From the sequence record SRR20825006_1762: a stretch of 36,648 bases of DNA; one strand, written 5' to 3'. The translations under genes were made by a program, and so were the position numbers. This document shows, in pieces, positions 8,575-17,400 of the stretch. The notes under the pieces were generated by a model that did no database searches, was not told the origin of the DNA, and worked only from the letters and a program-made list of their open reading frames with translations. Position 1 is the stretch's first letter. Every line of letters begins with the position of its first letter.

Positions 8575-10473
8575 TTATTCCTGAGAGCGGGCTTTATTTT
8601 CGCGCTCTATATCATCCGGATTTTTGTCTGATGTCCAGTTGGTTGCGTTGGCAGGGTCTAAGTCCACCAAATCGGATTCCATAACTTGCGCCAGCAATTC
8701 CTTCGCCGTGCGGGCATGGCCGATCATGGCTTCTTCGTCATCCTTAATCTCATAGGCTTCGTGCAGCATTTTAATATCGTGGCGCGCAAAGGTTTTTGCG
8801 AGGCGATAGGCACGATGTTCTTCATATCCCAACGCAACAAGTGCTTTGATGCCCAATTGCAAGCCGGAGTGGAATGTGTCGCGCACAAAATCTGTTACGC
8901 CGACGCCCATCAATTCATGGGCGTGATTGCGATCTCGCGCACGTGCTAGAATGGTGATGTGCGGGAAGTGCTTTTTCACCATGGCGGCGATTTCAGTCAC
9001 CGTGTTTGGATTGTGGATCGCGATGATGAGGATTTGTGCTTCGTGGGCCCCAGCGGCGGCTAACAAATCGGTGCGACGGGCATCGCCAAAAAACACTTTT
9101 GTGTCGAAGCGTTTCACGAGATCAATTTGCTCTGGGTCATGGTCAATCAATGTGGCCTCAAAGCCTTGAGCGGTGATCAGGCGGGTTACGATTTGGCCAA
9201 AGCGACCATAGCCCAAAACAATCACGCGGTTGCGCACAGAAATGTCGTCCGGCTCGCGCTCTGTTTGGGTGTCGCGCACCATTTTGGGAGCCAGCAGCCG
9301 ATCATAAATAAGAATCAAGATTGGTGTGATGACCATGGAAATGGCCACTGTCACGTTCAGCAAATCTGCATGCTCTGGCAACAGCGCGCCCGATGCTGTG
9401 GCGAATTGGAACAGCACAAAGCCAAATTCACCGCCTTGCGCCAGAATAATGGCAAACAGCATGCGATCAGCAATGTGAAACCGGAAGATGGTGCCCAACC
9501 CCCACAGAATGATCAGTTTGATCAACGCGAGGCCAGCAACCATGCTTGCGATAAGCAGAGGATTGTTGAGCAGAACTGAGAATTCAACGCTCATGCCAAC
9601 GGAAATGAAGAATAGGCCGAGCAAAAGACCTTTAAAGGGCTCAATGTCGCTTTCAAGTTCATGGCGATATTCGCTGTCGGCCAAAATCATACCCACCATA
9701 AAGGCACCAAGCGCGGCGGAAACATTGATCCATTCCATCAGCAACGCCGCGGCCACAACCAGAAGCAAGGACAGGGCGGTAAAGATTTCGCGCACGCCGC
9801 TTTTGGCGATAAAGCGCATGACCGGGCGCAACAGATAACGGCCAGAAAGATACATGGACGCAAAAACAAGGGCTGTTTTGGCCGCAACTTGCCATCCGCC
9901 TTCCGTCGCAGCAGCGGGGCCGTGGCCGTCATCAGTTGGAGCGTGGCCTGCAAGTTCGGGGAGCGCCAGCAGGGGAATGATTGCCAAAATTGGGATAACC
10001 GCAATATCTTGCAGCAACAGTACTGAAAAGGCGGATCGACCTGTGTTGGTGGCCATAATGCCGCGTTCTTCAATGATTTTGAGCACAATTGCGGTGGAGG
10101 AAAGAGCGAGGCCCAAGCCCATGATTACGGCAGATTGCCAAGGCATAGATGCGAGATAGCCAATGATGGCCAGCACAAGAGCGGTGATCAAAACTTGCGG
10201 CAAGCCCAAGCCAAACAGCTTGTTGCGCATGGACCAGAGCTCGCGCACTTGCAATTCCAGCCCGATCAGAAACAGCATCATTACCACGCCAAATTCAGAG
10301 AAGTGGAGGATAGTTTCCGGGTCGGTGACCAAGCCAAGGCCGTATGGGCCGATAATGATGCCCGCAAGCAAATAGCCCAGCACGGAGCCGAGGCCGGTGG
10401 CTTTGGCAAAGGGCACTACAATGACGGCGGCGGACAGGAAGATGAAGCAGGCGAGTAAGAAACTATGCTCCAT
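8575..10473 (-). CDS. kefC: Glutathione-gated K+ efflux antiporter, KefB/KefC type (CPA2 + KTN domain)
   Basis: GLGSVLGYLLAG, EFGVVMMLF.IGLE, SEYRHELESDIEPFKGLLLGLFF, QGGEFGFV, KTN domain GYGRFGQ..FGDA..ARARD. KefB versus KefC cannot be resolved. Confidence 0.93.
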   Translation of the reverse strand: MEHSFLLACFIFLSAAVIVVPFAKATGLGSVLGYLLAGIIIGPYGLGLVTDPETILHFSEFGVVMMLFLIGLELQVRELWSMRNKLFGLGLPQVLITALVLAIIGYLASMPWQSAVIMGLGLALSSTAIVLKIIEERGIMATNTGRSAFSVLLLQDIAVIPILAIIPLLALPELAGHAPTDDGHGPAAATEGGWQVAAKTALVFASMYLSGRYLLRPVMRFIAKSGVREIFTALSLLLVVAAALLMEWINVSAALGAFMVGMILADSEYRHELESDIEPFKGLLLGLFFISVGMSVEFSVLLNNPLLIASMVAGLALIKLIILWGLGTIFRFHIADRMLFAIILAQGGEFGFVLFQFATASGALLPEHADLLNVTVAISMVITPILILIYDRLLAPKMVRDTQTEREPDDISVRNRVIVLGYGRFGQIVTRLITAQGFEATLIDHDPEQIDLVKRFDTKVFFGDARRTDLLAAAGAHEAQILIIAIHNPNTVTEIAAMVKKHFPHITILARARDRNHAHELMGVGVTDFVRDTFHSGLQLGIKALVALGYEEHRAYRLAKTFARHDIKMLHEAYEIKDDEEAMIGHARTAKELLAQVMESDLVDLDPANATNWTSDKNPDDIERENKARSQE

Positions 10474-11029
10474 GAGACATCTCCTGCTTAGAGGCTGCGT
10501 GGACCAGTTGGCTAAGCCGTGACTTCAACTTTTCGCCGTGGGCGATGAGGTGGTCTTTCTGGCTGGCACGCGCATGATAATAGACCAGCGGATCAAGCCA
10601 ATTCATGCCGCAGAAGCGGGCGGTTTGTTTGTAGGGCAACAAAAACTCATCCAGCGGATGATGGTGCACGCCCTCTGGACCATATGCTTTTTCTTCTGAT
10701 CCTGTGGCGATGGAGAGCAACAAATTTTTGCCTTTAAGGGCATTGCCGTTGGTGCCATAGGCCCAGCCATAAGAAAAAGTGCGGTCAATCCACTCTTTCA
10801 ACAAACCGGGAGCGGCGTACCAATAAATGGGGAACTGCAGAACGATGGTAGATTTGCCGTCAATGCGGTGGCGCTCATGGCTGCCGTCCACAAACATATC
10901 GGGATAGACCTTATACAGATCGAGGACATCAACGCCTTCGATCGATTTGGCACTGGCGGCAAAATGTCGGTTGGCCCGCGATTGGCCTAAATCGGGGTGG
11001 GCAATCACAAAAAGCACCGGGTTCGCCAT
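10463..11029 (-). CDS. kefF: KefF/KefG-type NAD(P)H oxidoreductase (flavodoxin-like fold)
   Basis: AHP....S.AN, DLY..YPD, QFPIYWY..P.LLKEW.D, GWAYG..G.ALKGK; overlaps the kef transporter start. Confidence 0.88.
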   Translation of the reverse strand: MANPVLFVIAHPDLGQSRANRHFAASAKSIEGVDVLDLYKVYPDMFVDGSHERHRIDGKSTIVLQFPIYWYAAPGLLKEWIDRTFSYGWAYGTNGNALKGKNLLLSIATGSEEKAYGPEGVHHHPLDEFLLPYKQTARFCGMNWLDPLVYYHARASQKDHLIAHGEKLKSRLSQLVHAASKQEMSHGA

Positions 11030-11093
11030 ATAAATCTCCAAATCACCTTAGAGATATGATGCGGCGAACCCGGTGTTGTTTTCAATGATATTT

Positions 11094-11834
11094 TTAAGAA
11101 TTTTGATCGTCGTCGTCTTCAGACTTCAAGCTGCTTAGGCTGCCGAAAACGCTATCGACGTCATATTCAGGCTCTTCTTCAGTTTTTGGCTGGTCCGAGT
11201 TGGACGGATCGAAGAAGTCTTCTTTGACGCTGATTTGATCTGATGCCCGTGCCATTGCTTCTTCAGCGGTCAACAAGCCAGATTCTTCAACGCGAGTTTC
11301 CTCAGCCGGACGATCTTTTGCGGCTTTGCGCACTTCCATATCCAATTCCACCTGGGTACACAGGCCCAAAGTTACAGGATCTGCAGGTGTTTGGTTTGGC
11401 GCATTCCAGTGTGTCCGCTCACGCACAGATTCAATTGTTGGTTTGGTTGTGCCCACAAGACGCATAATTTGTGCATCTTTTAATTCAGGGTGATTGCGCA
11501 CCAACCACAGGATCGCATTTGGCTTTTCCTGGCGTTTTGACACTGGCGTATAGCGCGGACCGCGGCGCTTTTGCTTGGCCACAATTGTTTTTGGGCCAGA
11601 AAGCTGCAACCGATAATTAGGGTCACTTTCCCCTTTTTCGATTTCTTCGCGGGTCAATTGCCCCATTTGCACAGGGTTTGCGCCCTTAATGCCGCCGGCC
11701 ACATCGCCATCAGCGATGCCTTGCACTTCAAGCGGGTGCAGGCTGCAGAAATGGGCAATCTGATCAAAGGTGAGGCCAGTATTGTCGACCAGCCAAACGG
11801 CAGTTGCTTTGGGCATTAAAAGTGTAGTTGCCAT
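11094..11834 (-). CDS. trcR: DUF1013 protein / cell-cycle transcriptional regulator TrcR
   Basis: LMPKATAVWLVDNT.LTFDQIA.FC.LHPLEV.GIADG, PRYTP.SKRQ, RTHWN, DPVTLGLC.Q; acidic tail; ATG at 11834. Confidence 0.9.
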   Translation of the reverse strand: MATTLLMPKATAVWLVDNTGLTFDQIAHFCSLHPLEVQGIADGDVAGGIKGANPVQMGQLTREEIEKGESDPNYRLQLSGPKTIVAKQKRRGPRYTPVSKRQEKPNAILWLVRNHPELKDAQIMRLVGTTKPTIESVRERTHWNAPNQTPADPVTLGLCTQVELDMEVRKAAKDRPAEETRVEESGLLTAEEAMARASDQISVKEDFFDPSNSDQPKTEEEPEYDVDSVFGSLSSLKSEDDDDQNS

Positions 11835-11909
11835 AATATCTTCCTTTGGGTGCAAATCGGTTTAGATTTGCACGCCCCTTTCAAGCTGAAAATATGGGGG
11901 ATTGCCTCT

Positions 11910-11938
11910 TTTATAATGATTTGGCCGGTTTGTTGCAA
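11910..11938 (-). promoter_or_regulatory. Candidate sigma70 promoter of trcR
   Basis: Minus strand TTGCAA-N17-TATAAA. Confidence 0.55.
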
Positions 11939-11977
11939 TCACATTTTGTTAATCGTACCCAATTGGCTTTTTCGCGC

Positions 11978-12985
11978 CTAGCTAACTTCCAACACAATCT
12001 TGCCCATTTGGCCCTGAGCATCCATCGCCTCATGCGCCTTGGCAGCTTCTTCCAACTTGAAACTTTGAATAGCAGGCTTTCGGATCGTGCCATTTTCAAT
12101 GGCGGGCCAGACTTGTTCCATCAAATGATGGGCAATACGCGCTTTCACGCCATCTGGTTGTGCCCTAAGCGTTGAGCCGAAAATGGTCAGGCGCTTTGCG
12201 ACCACAAGGCCCATGGTGACATTGGCTTCACGCCCCGCCAAATTGGCCAGTTGAATGATGGTCGCGTCCGGTGCCGCAGCACGTAGATTGCGATCCACAT
12301 AATCGCCACCAATAAAGTCCACGATGATGTTTGCGCCTTTGCCTGTTTCGGCTTTGGTGCGTTCCACAAAGTCCTCTTCCAGATAGTTGATCGCCACATC
12401 TGCACCCATTTGGCTGCAATAGGCGCATTTATCTGCGGTGGACGCGGTGGCCAGTACTTTTGCGCCAGCTAATTTGGCCAGTTGGATGGCCGTGGCGCCA
12501 ATGCCGCCTGCGCCGCCATGCACCAAAACCCAGTCATTTGCGGTGGGTTTGGCGCGGTCAATAAGGGTTTGCTGTACTGTGAAAAAGGTTTCAGGAATGG
12601 TAGCTGCTTCAATAAAGCTCCAGCCTTTTGGCTTGGGCAACACCTGTCCCCAGGGCGCGCTGACATATTCGGCATAACCGCCGCCATTTGTGAGCGCCAC
12701 AACCTCGTCGCCGACCTGTAGGGATGTGGGGGCTTGGTCTGTGGTGCGGCCAATATCTTCCACAATGCCAGACACTTCCAAACCGGGCAGAGGCGAAGCG
12801 CCCTCTGGCGCTGGATACAGCCCCATGCGTTGTAAAATGTCGGGCCGATTTATCCCTGCGGCTTTTACTTTGATGAGCAATTGGCCGGGGTGGGCATAGG
12901 GCTTAGCCACCTTGTCTGCCACAAGGGCATCAGGGCCGCCCGGATTGTCAATTTTGATGGCACGCATCGTTTCATTGTCGCTCAT
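11978..12985 (-). CDS. NAD(P)H:quinone oxidoreductase, PIG3 family (MDR)
   Basis: AAGINRPD.LQR.G.YP.P.GAS..PGLEVSG, GGGYAEY, PETFFTV, HGGAGGIG, GSTLR. Confidence 0.93.
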   Translation of the reverse strand: MSDNETMRAIKIDNPGGPDALVADKVAKPYAHPGQLLIKVKAAGINRPDILQRMGLYPAPEGASPLPGLEVSGIVEDIGRTTDQAPTSLQVGDEVVALTNGGGYAEYVSAPWGQVLPKPKGWSFIEAATIPETFFTVQQTLIDRAKPTANDWVLVHGGAGGIGATAIQLAKLAGAKVLATASTADKCAYCSQMGADVAINYLEEDFVERTKAETGKGANIIVDFIGGDYVDRNLRAAAPDATIIQLANLAGREANVTMGLVVAKRLTIFGSTLRAQPDGVKARIAHHLMEQVWPAIENGTIRKPAIQSFKLEEAAKAHEAMDAQGQMGKIVLEVS

Positions 12986-13066
12986 AAAGAATTTCCTTTA
13001 GATTGGCCTGAATCAAATTTACGATTGAAGCGAATTAGACGCTAACAGGTTTAAGGAGAACGGCAA

Positions 13067-13261
13067 ATGGACGAAGAGGTTTCACCATCTGCCAAAAAAA
13101 AAGGTGCAGTGCATGAGCTTGGTGCGCCGTTGGATGACATCTCGATCGATGAGTTGGGTGAGCGGATTGACGCCTTAAAGGTGGAAATTACGCGGCTTGA
13201 AAAAGCGATTGCGGATAAAAAGAACAGCAAGGATGCGGCCGAGTCGATCTTTAACTTTTGA
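13067..13261 (+). CDS. DUF1192 small coiled-coil protein
   Basis: HELG..LD..SIDEL.ERI..L..EI.RLE.....K..SK.AAE..F; AAGGAG RBS; usual divergent position next to the PIG3 gene. Confidence 0.88.
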   Translation: MDEEVSPSAKKKGAVHELGAPLDDISIDELGERIDALKVEITRLEKAIADKKNSKDAAESIFNF

Positions 13262-13339
13262 GGGTGAGGCGAAATAGCAAGTTCGGTTAAAGACAGGGAT
13301 GAACCAGCGTCTTAGCGTGACGGCTTTTAAGGAGCTGAC

Positions 13340-14725
13340 ATGACCGTGCTGACTGACCACCCAAATCTGCCGACAATACGCAAACTATTCACCGCTGAAC
13401 TGTCGAATAGTAAGACACGCTTTGATGAAATAGCTGCACAATTGACGCAACGGCGCGCCGAAATTGATGATCAAATCGGTGCGTTTTGCGTTTTCGAAGA
13501 TTTGCCAGTGCTGCAGAGTGGGCCGCTGGCGGGATTGCCCATTAGCTTTAAAGATCAGTTTCATATTGCAGGCACGCGTTCGGGCTTTGGAACTGGTCAA
13601 CCGACCAAGGCAAAGAGCGTAAGCGATGCGCCCGCAATTGTGGCATTGCGCAAAAATGGTGCGAAGATTATTGGCCGTACAAATTTACCGCCTTTCGCCA
13701 TGGATTTCCAAACAGTAGATGGGGCGGGTTACCGCACCAACAATCCCCATGATTTAACACGCACCTCAGGCGGCAGCTCAGGTGGAGGCGCAGCGGCCGT
13801 TGCGTCGGGGATGAGCCTTATTGATATTGGTGCCGACCTTTCAGGCTCTTTACGTATCCCGGCAAGCTTTTGTGGCGTGATGAGTTTGATGCCCACGGAT
13901 GGCCAGTTTTCAAACCAAGGCATGTTGCTGGGAGAGACCCAAAAGTTGGATCATTTTGCGCGGCCGGGTGTTATTGGGCGCCATGCAGATGATCTTTGGA
14001 TTGTCTATCAATTCATGCGCGGGGCAACGGCCTTGCCTGAACCACTGAGCCGTGACGCGGCAGAACAGATTAAGATCGGGTGGGGCGTTGATGCGCGAAA
14101 ACATCCATTGTGCGCTGATGTGGCGAGTGTATTTTCGACATGGCGTGAGGCGCAAGATGTCCAAAAGGTGCGTTTCGGGGCGTTACAACAGGATTTGTTT
14201 ACGCAGGAACGGCGTCAAGAATTTGCGTTTCTTATGGGGTATGAAACCGGGGGCTTGTTGCCATGGGCCGTGCGGCAAATGGCAAGGATGTTTGGTGGTG
14301 ATTCAGCGCAACGTTCGCCAGATTTTTTGACGCAGATTTATCGTGGTTATGGACGTTCAAAATCGCAGTATGAAGGAGGACTAAAACGGCGAGAATGCTT
14401 CATCAAATCAAGCTTAGAAATGTTTGATGAGTTTGATGTGGTGATTACGCCGGTGACACCTATGGCGGCGTTTCATCATGTAAGTCCTAGCCAAGACCGA
14501 AATGGCGTTCGGGATTATGATCACAGCTTTGAGATTGGGCAGCAGTCGATTGGGTACATGGATGCGCTGACATATTATACTGGAGCGATCTCGCTTTTGG
14601 GTTTTCCTGTCGTGACGGTGCCGCTTGGTCTTACAGCGGAAGGGTTGCCAGTTGGTGCCCAAATGATCGGGCACCCAGATAAGGAAAAACAGCTTCTAAG
14701 CGTGGCTGCTTCGTTATTCAGTTAG
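13340..14725 (+). CDS. Amidase signature (AS) family protein
   Basis: GPLAGLPISFKD, GRTN.P, TNNP.D..RTSGGSSGG.AAAVA, GADLSGSLRIPASFCG, GLPVG.Q; Lys-Ser-Ser triad positions present. Confidence 0.92.
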   Translation: MTVLTDHPNLPTIRKLFTAELSNSKTRFDEIAAQLTQRRAEIDDQIGAFCVFEDLPVLQSGPLAGLPISFKDQFHIAGTRSGFGTGQPTKAKSVSDAPAIVALRKNGAKIIGRTNLPPFAMDFQTVDGAGYRTNNPHDLTRTSGGSSGGGAAAVASGMSLIDIGADLSGSLRIPASFCGVMSLMPTDGQFSNQGMLLGETQKLDHFARPGVIGRHADDLWIVYQFMRGATALPEPLSRDAAEQIKIGWGVDARKHPLCADVASVFSTWREAQDVQKVRFGALQQDLFTQERRQEFAFLMGYETGGLLPWAVRQMARMFGGDSAQRSPDFLTQIYRGYGRSKSQYEGGLKRRECFIKSSLEMFDEFDVVITPVTPMAAFHHVSPSQDRNGVRDYDHSFEIGQQSIGYMDALTYYTGAISLLGFPVVTVPLGLTAEGLPVGAQMIGHPDKEKQLLSVAASLFS

Positions 14726-15993
14726 GCGACTGCCGTTTCCGTGTTGTTTGCCTGTTCAAGCTTGTGGCGGCGGTAAGCCAGCCAAAGCAGTGCCAGTGGA
14801 AAGAGCGGGGCGATGGGCATGCCAGTTGAAACTGCCCATCGCGCCACAACACTTGAAAAAATAACGATGAGCGCGAGTATGGTTTTTTCATACGGCAGGA
14901 ACCCATTTTTTTGGCCTGCTTTAATGAGAAATGCCAAAGGCACCAACAAGATTGCAAAATCATAGGCCAGCGCAAAAGGCGTGAACAATAGTCCGCCCGC
15001 AATCAGCGTTGTCGCGCGAACCGCGATTTGGTTATCGCTCATCGGTTTGTCTTGTTTTGTGGCTGGCAGCGGTTGCCAGATGAAAAAGAGCAGAACGACA
15101 ATCAAGAATGCAGCAATGGATTGAATGGCCCAGGCAATGGTGTCGGACAGGCCATAAACTCGCAAAGCGGCATAGATGGATGTCATTTTTTCCCAATCGA
15201 CAATGTCGTTGCGCAGCACATAGGAGGCGATGGGCAACTGCTCAAAAAAGCCGATCCATGTGTCTATGCCAAAAGCGAGCAAACTGATGGCCGCGACAGC
15301 AAGTGTGGTGACACTAGCGGAGATAAAAGTTTGCCAGTGCCGCGCAAAAATGAGGGCGAGCGGGATGATTAACCCCATTTGAGGTTTATAGCTCAATAGA
15401 CCAATAAAGATGCCAGCGAGCACAAATTTACGATGTTGCAGGGCAAACATAGCACCGCCTAGCAGCGCAGCGGACAGCAAGCCGTTTTGGCCGTGTAGCA
15501 AGCAGTTCATCGCCGCGGGGAGGGCACAAAGCATTAAGCCGTGCAGCCAGCTTTTGAAAACTGCGCGCCCAAATAAGGTAACAATGGCGATGCCGACCAG
15601 ATTGAAAATGAAATAAGAAATGGGCTGAGACATCAGGCCAAATGGCAATACATACAGCAGCCATGTGGGCGGATAGAAAAACGCGAAAGTGGTTTCGGAA
15701 TATTCCGTCCACTCTACCTGTAGGTCCAAAAATTCTTGAGTGGAATATTGTGTCAGCGTGTCGCCAGAAAACGCAAGCTTTGCTGCTGTCCAAAAGCTGT
15801 TGAAGTCTAAAACCAGATATTCGCCATTTGGTGTTTTGAAGGGGCTTGGAAAGAATACGGCAAAGATCAAAAGACCTAAATAGGCGATGACGGCCATGAT
15901 GGCGGCAATGTGCACGCGCTCTGCTGTGATCCAATCACCTGATCGCACATTATCCCAAATCAATTTTGGCGTAATTTTTTTTAAGCTCGTCAT
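14722..15993 (-). CDS. Glycosyltransferase family 87 (DUF2029, GT-C polytopic membrane enzyme)
   Basis: DF.SFW.A, F.YPP, GQN..L, KPQ.G, YD motifs in about 10 TM helices. Confidence 0.88.
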   Translation of the reverse strand: MTSLKKITPKLIWDNVRSGDWITAERVHIAAIMAVIAYLGLLIFAVFFPSPFKTPNGEYLVLDFNSFWTAAKLAFSGDTLTQYSTQEFLDLQVEWTEYSETTFAFFYPPTWLLYVLPFGLMSQPISYFIFNLVGIAIVTLFGRAVFKSWLHGLMLCALPAAMNCLLHGQNGLLSAALLGGAMFALQHRKFVLAGIFIGLLSYKPQMGLIIPLALIFARHWQTFISASVTTLAVAAISLLAFGIDTWIGFFEQLPIASYVLRNDIVDWEKMTSIYAALRVYGLSDTIAWAIQSIAAFLIVVLLFFIWQPLPATKQDKPMSDNQIAVRATTLIAGGLLFTPFALAYDFAILLVPLAFLIKAGQKNGFLPYEKTILALIVIFSSVVARWAVSTGMPIAPLFPLALLWLAYRRHKLEQANNTETAVA

Positions 15994-16117
15994 GCGCTGC
16001 CCCTCTCGCTGAGCTTTTTTTAGGCCAAATATCTAAAAGTTTATTCAACATTTTGGCGGTGAAAATTGATTAAGCCTAAGGGAAGGCAAATTGGTAAGGT
16101 TAAAAAAATGACTCCGA

Positions 16118-16132
16118 TTAAGGTTGCATTAA
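16118..16132. promoter_or_regulatory. CtrA binding site
   Basis: TTAA-GGTTGCA-TTAA is a perfect TTAA-N7-TTAA; GANTC at 16110-16114; extra TTAA half sites nearby; upstream of rcdA, a known CtrA target in Caulobacter. Confidence 0.8.
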
Positions 16133-16154
16133 ACATTTCCGGTTAACTTAGTTT

Positions 16155-16247
16155 TATCCAGCATGGTCTGGATCTAGCAGAGCGGTTTTTACACTCTGTT
16201 TGACGCCTCCCTGTTAACTTTGAGAGCCGCTTTGACGGCTCTTTTTT
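16155..16247 (+). ncRNA. Candidate small regulatory RNA (alpha-r8/SuhB-like architecture)
   Basis: Stem 16156-16173, stem 16176-16200, unpaired CCTCCC anti-SD at 16206-16211, terminator AGAGCCG-CTTTGA-CGGCTCT + T6 (16223-16247); no credible ORF; 5' end estimated. Confidence 0.65.
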
Positions 16248-16367
16248 CTTTTTAGGGCTAGTTTCAGGGTTCGGGTTTGCCCGCATGCCGCCATGTTTGT
16301 TTGTTAAGCCTTTGGCTTTATACTGCGCGGCAAATGGGAATTTGCGAAAGATAAAGGGAGTGTTGGC

Positions 16368-16874
16368 GTGAGCGAAAATGATATCGAGCCGGGCGCACAA
16401 TCACTTGGACCTAAGCTTGTTCAATCAGGCGGGTTTAACCAACTTTATCGCGAAGGCATGGCTTTGGTGGAAGAAGTTGCTGGCTATCTCGATGGAGAAG
16501 GGCGAGCAGAATCAAAGGCTTTGGGGCGCGATGCCGCGCTGCTTTATGCCAGCCAAAGCATGCAACTCACCACACGTTTGATGCAGTTGGCTAGCTGGTT
16601 GTTGTTGCGACGGGCGGTGAAAGAGGGTGAAATCTCAATGGATGATGCCCGAAACGAAGATCGCCGCGTTGAGCTGAGCGCAATGGCCATTGCTGATGAT
16701 ACTTTGGATTGGGAGCTATTGCCTGCCCGTATGCGCGACATGATTGAGCGCGCTAATGCATTGCATAAACGCATTTTGGCGCTGGATGCGATGGAACGTG
16801 ATGAGCAAAAGCGGCCAACAGATAATCCAGTGGTCAATCAATTGGCGCGGCTGAAAGATGCTTTTCAGCGCTAG
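16368..16874 (+). CDS. rcdA: ClpXP protease adaptor RcdA (DUF1465)
   Basis: F..LY.EGM.LVEE.A.YLDGEGR, YA..SM.LTTRLMQLASWLL..RA...GE, NPV..QL.RL..AF; GTG start with GGGAG RBS. Confidence 0.93.
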   Translation: MSENDIEPGAQSLGPKLVQSGGFNQLYREGMALVEEVAGYLDGEGRAESKALGRDAALLYASQSMQLTTRLMQLASWLLLRRAVKEGEISMDDARNEDRRVELSAMAIADDTLDWELLPARMRDMIERANALHKRILALDAMERDEQKRPTDNPVVNQLARLKDAFQR

Positions 16875-16893
16875 ATAGATTTGAAAAAGTTGA

Positions 16894-16930
16894 AAATAAA
16901 AAACCCGGCTAGAAGCCGGGTTTTTTATTT
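16894..16930. terminator. Bidirectional intrinsic terminator
   Basis: 17-bp perfect inverted repeat AAATAAAAAACCCGGCT-AGA-AGCCGGGTTTTTTATTT between rcdA and rpmE. Confidence 0.9.
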
Positions 16931-16951
16931 ATCGTCAAAGTGTTTTGAGGC

Positions 16952-17173
16952 TTAGCCCAAAATGCCTTTGAATTTCTCTTTAAAGCGAGATACACGGCCA
17001 CCGCGGTCAAGAAGCTGACCTGAACCGCCAGTCCATGCTGGGTGCGTTTTTGGATCGATATCCAACTGCATTGTGTCGCCTTCAGAACCCCAAGTTGAAC
17101 GGGTCTGATATTCGGTGCCATCAGTCATGACCACTTTGATCATGTGATAATCTGGATGAAGATCTTTTTTCAT
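16952..17173 (-). CDS. rpmE: 50S ribosomal protein L31 (Zn-independent type)
   Basis: [48 protein letters not shown]. Confidence 0.98.
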   Translation of the reverse strand: MKKDLHPDYHMIKVVMTDGTEYQTRSTWGSEGDTMQLDIDPKTHPAWTGGSGQLLDRGGRVSRFKEKFKGILG

Positions 17174-17400
17174 CTTTTGCTTACCTTCAAAAATGTAAAA
17201 GGCAGGTCATCATGCAATTCATGCCGCAATTCATGCGTTGCGCGACCCGCGAAATTCGTTTCGTTGCCGGGCGTTCTATATCAAGAATGGATTTGGCGCA
17301 AGTGTGAGTTTGCGCCAATTGCCGCTTTGGCACTTCTGCTATTGATGTTGGTCGCGCCAATCCCTATTTTTAAGCGCACAGCAAAAAAGAGATCCCGAAT

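Noticed and set aside
13094-13102. A9 homopolymer in DUF1192 as a phase-variation or frameshift site
   Set aside because: In frame (KKK) and the protein is intact.
16143-16400. 85-aa minus-strand ORF in the GT87-rcdA gap
   Set aside because: No family resemblance; region is better explained by the plus-strand sRNA candidate, its terminator and the rcdA promoter.
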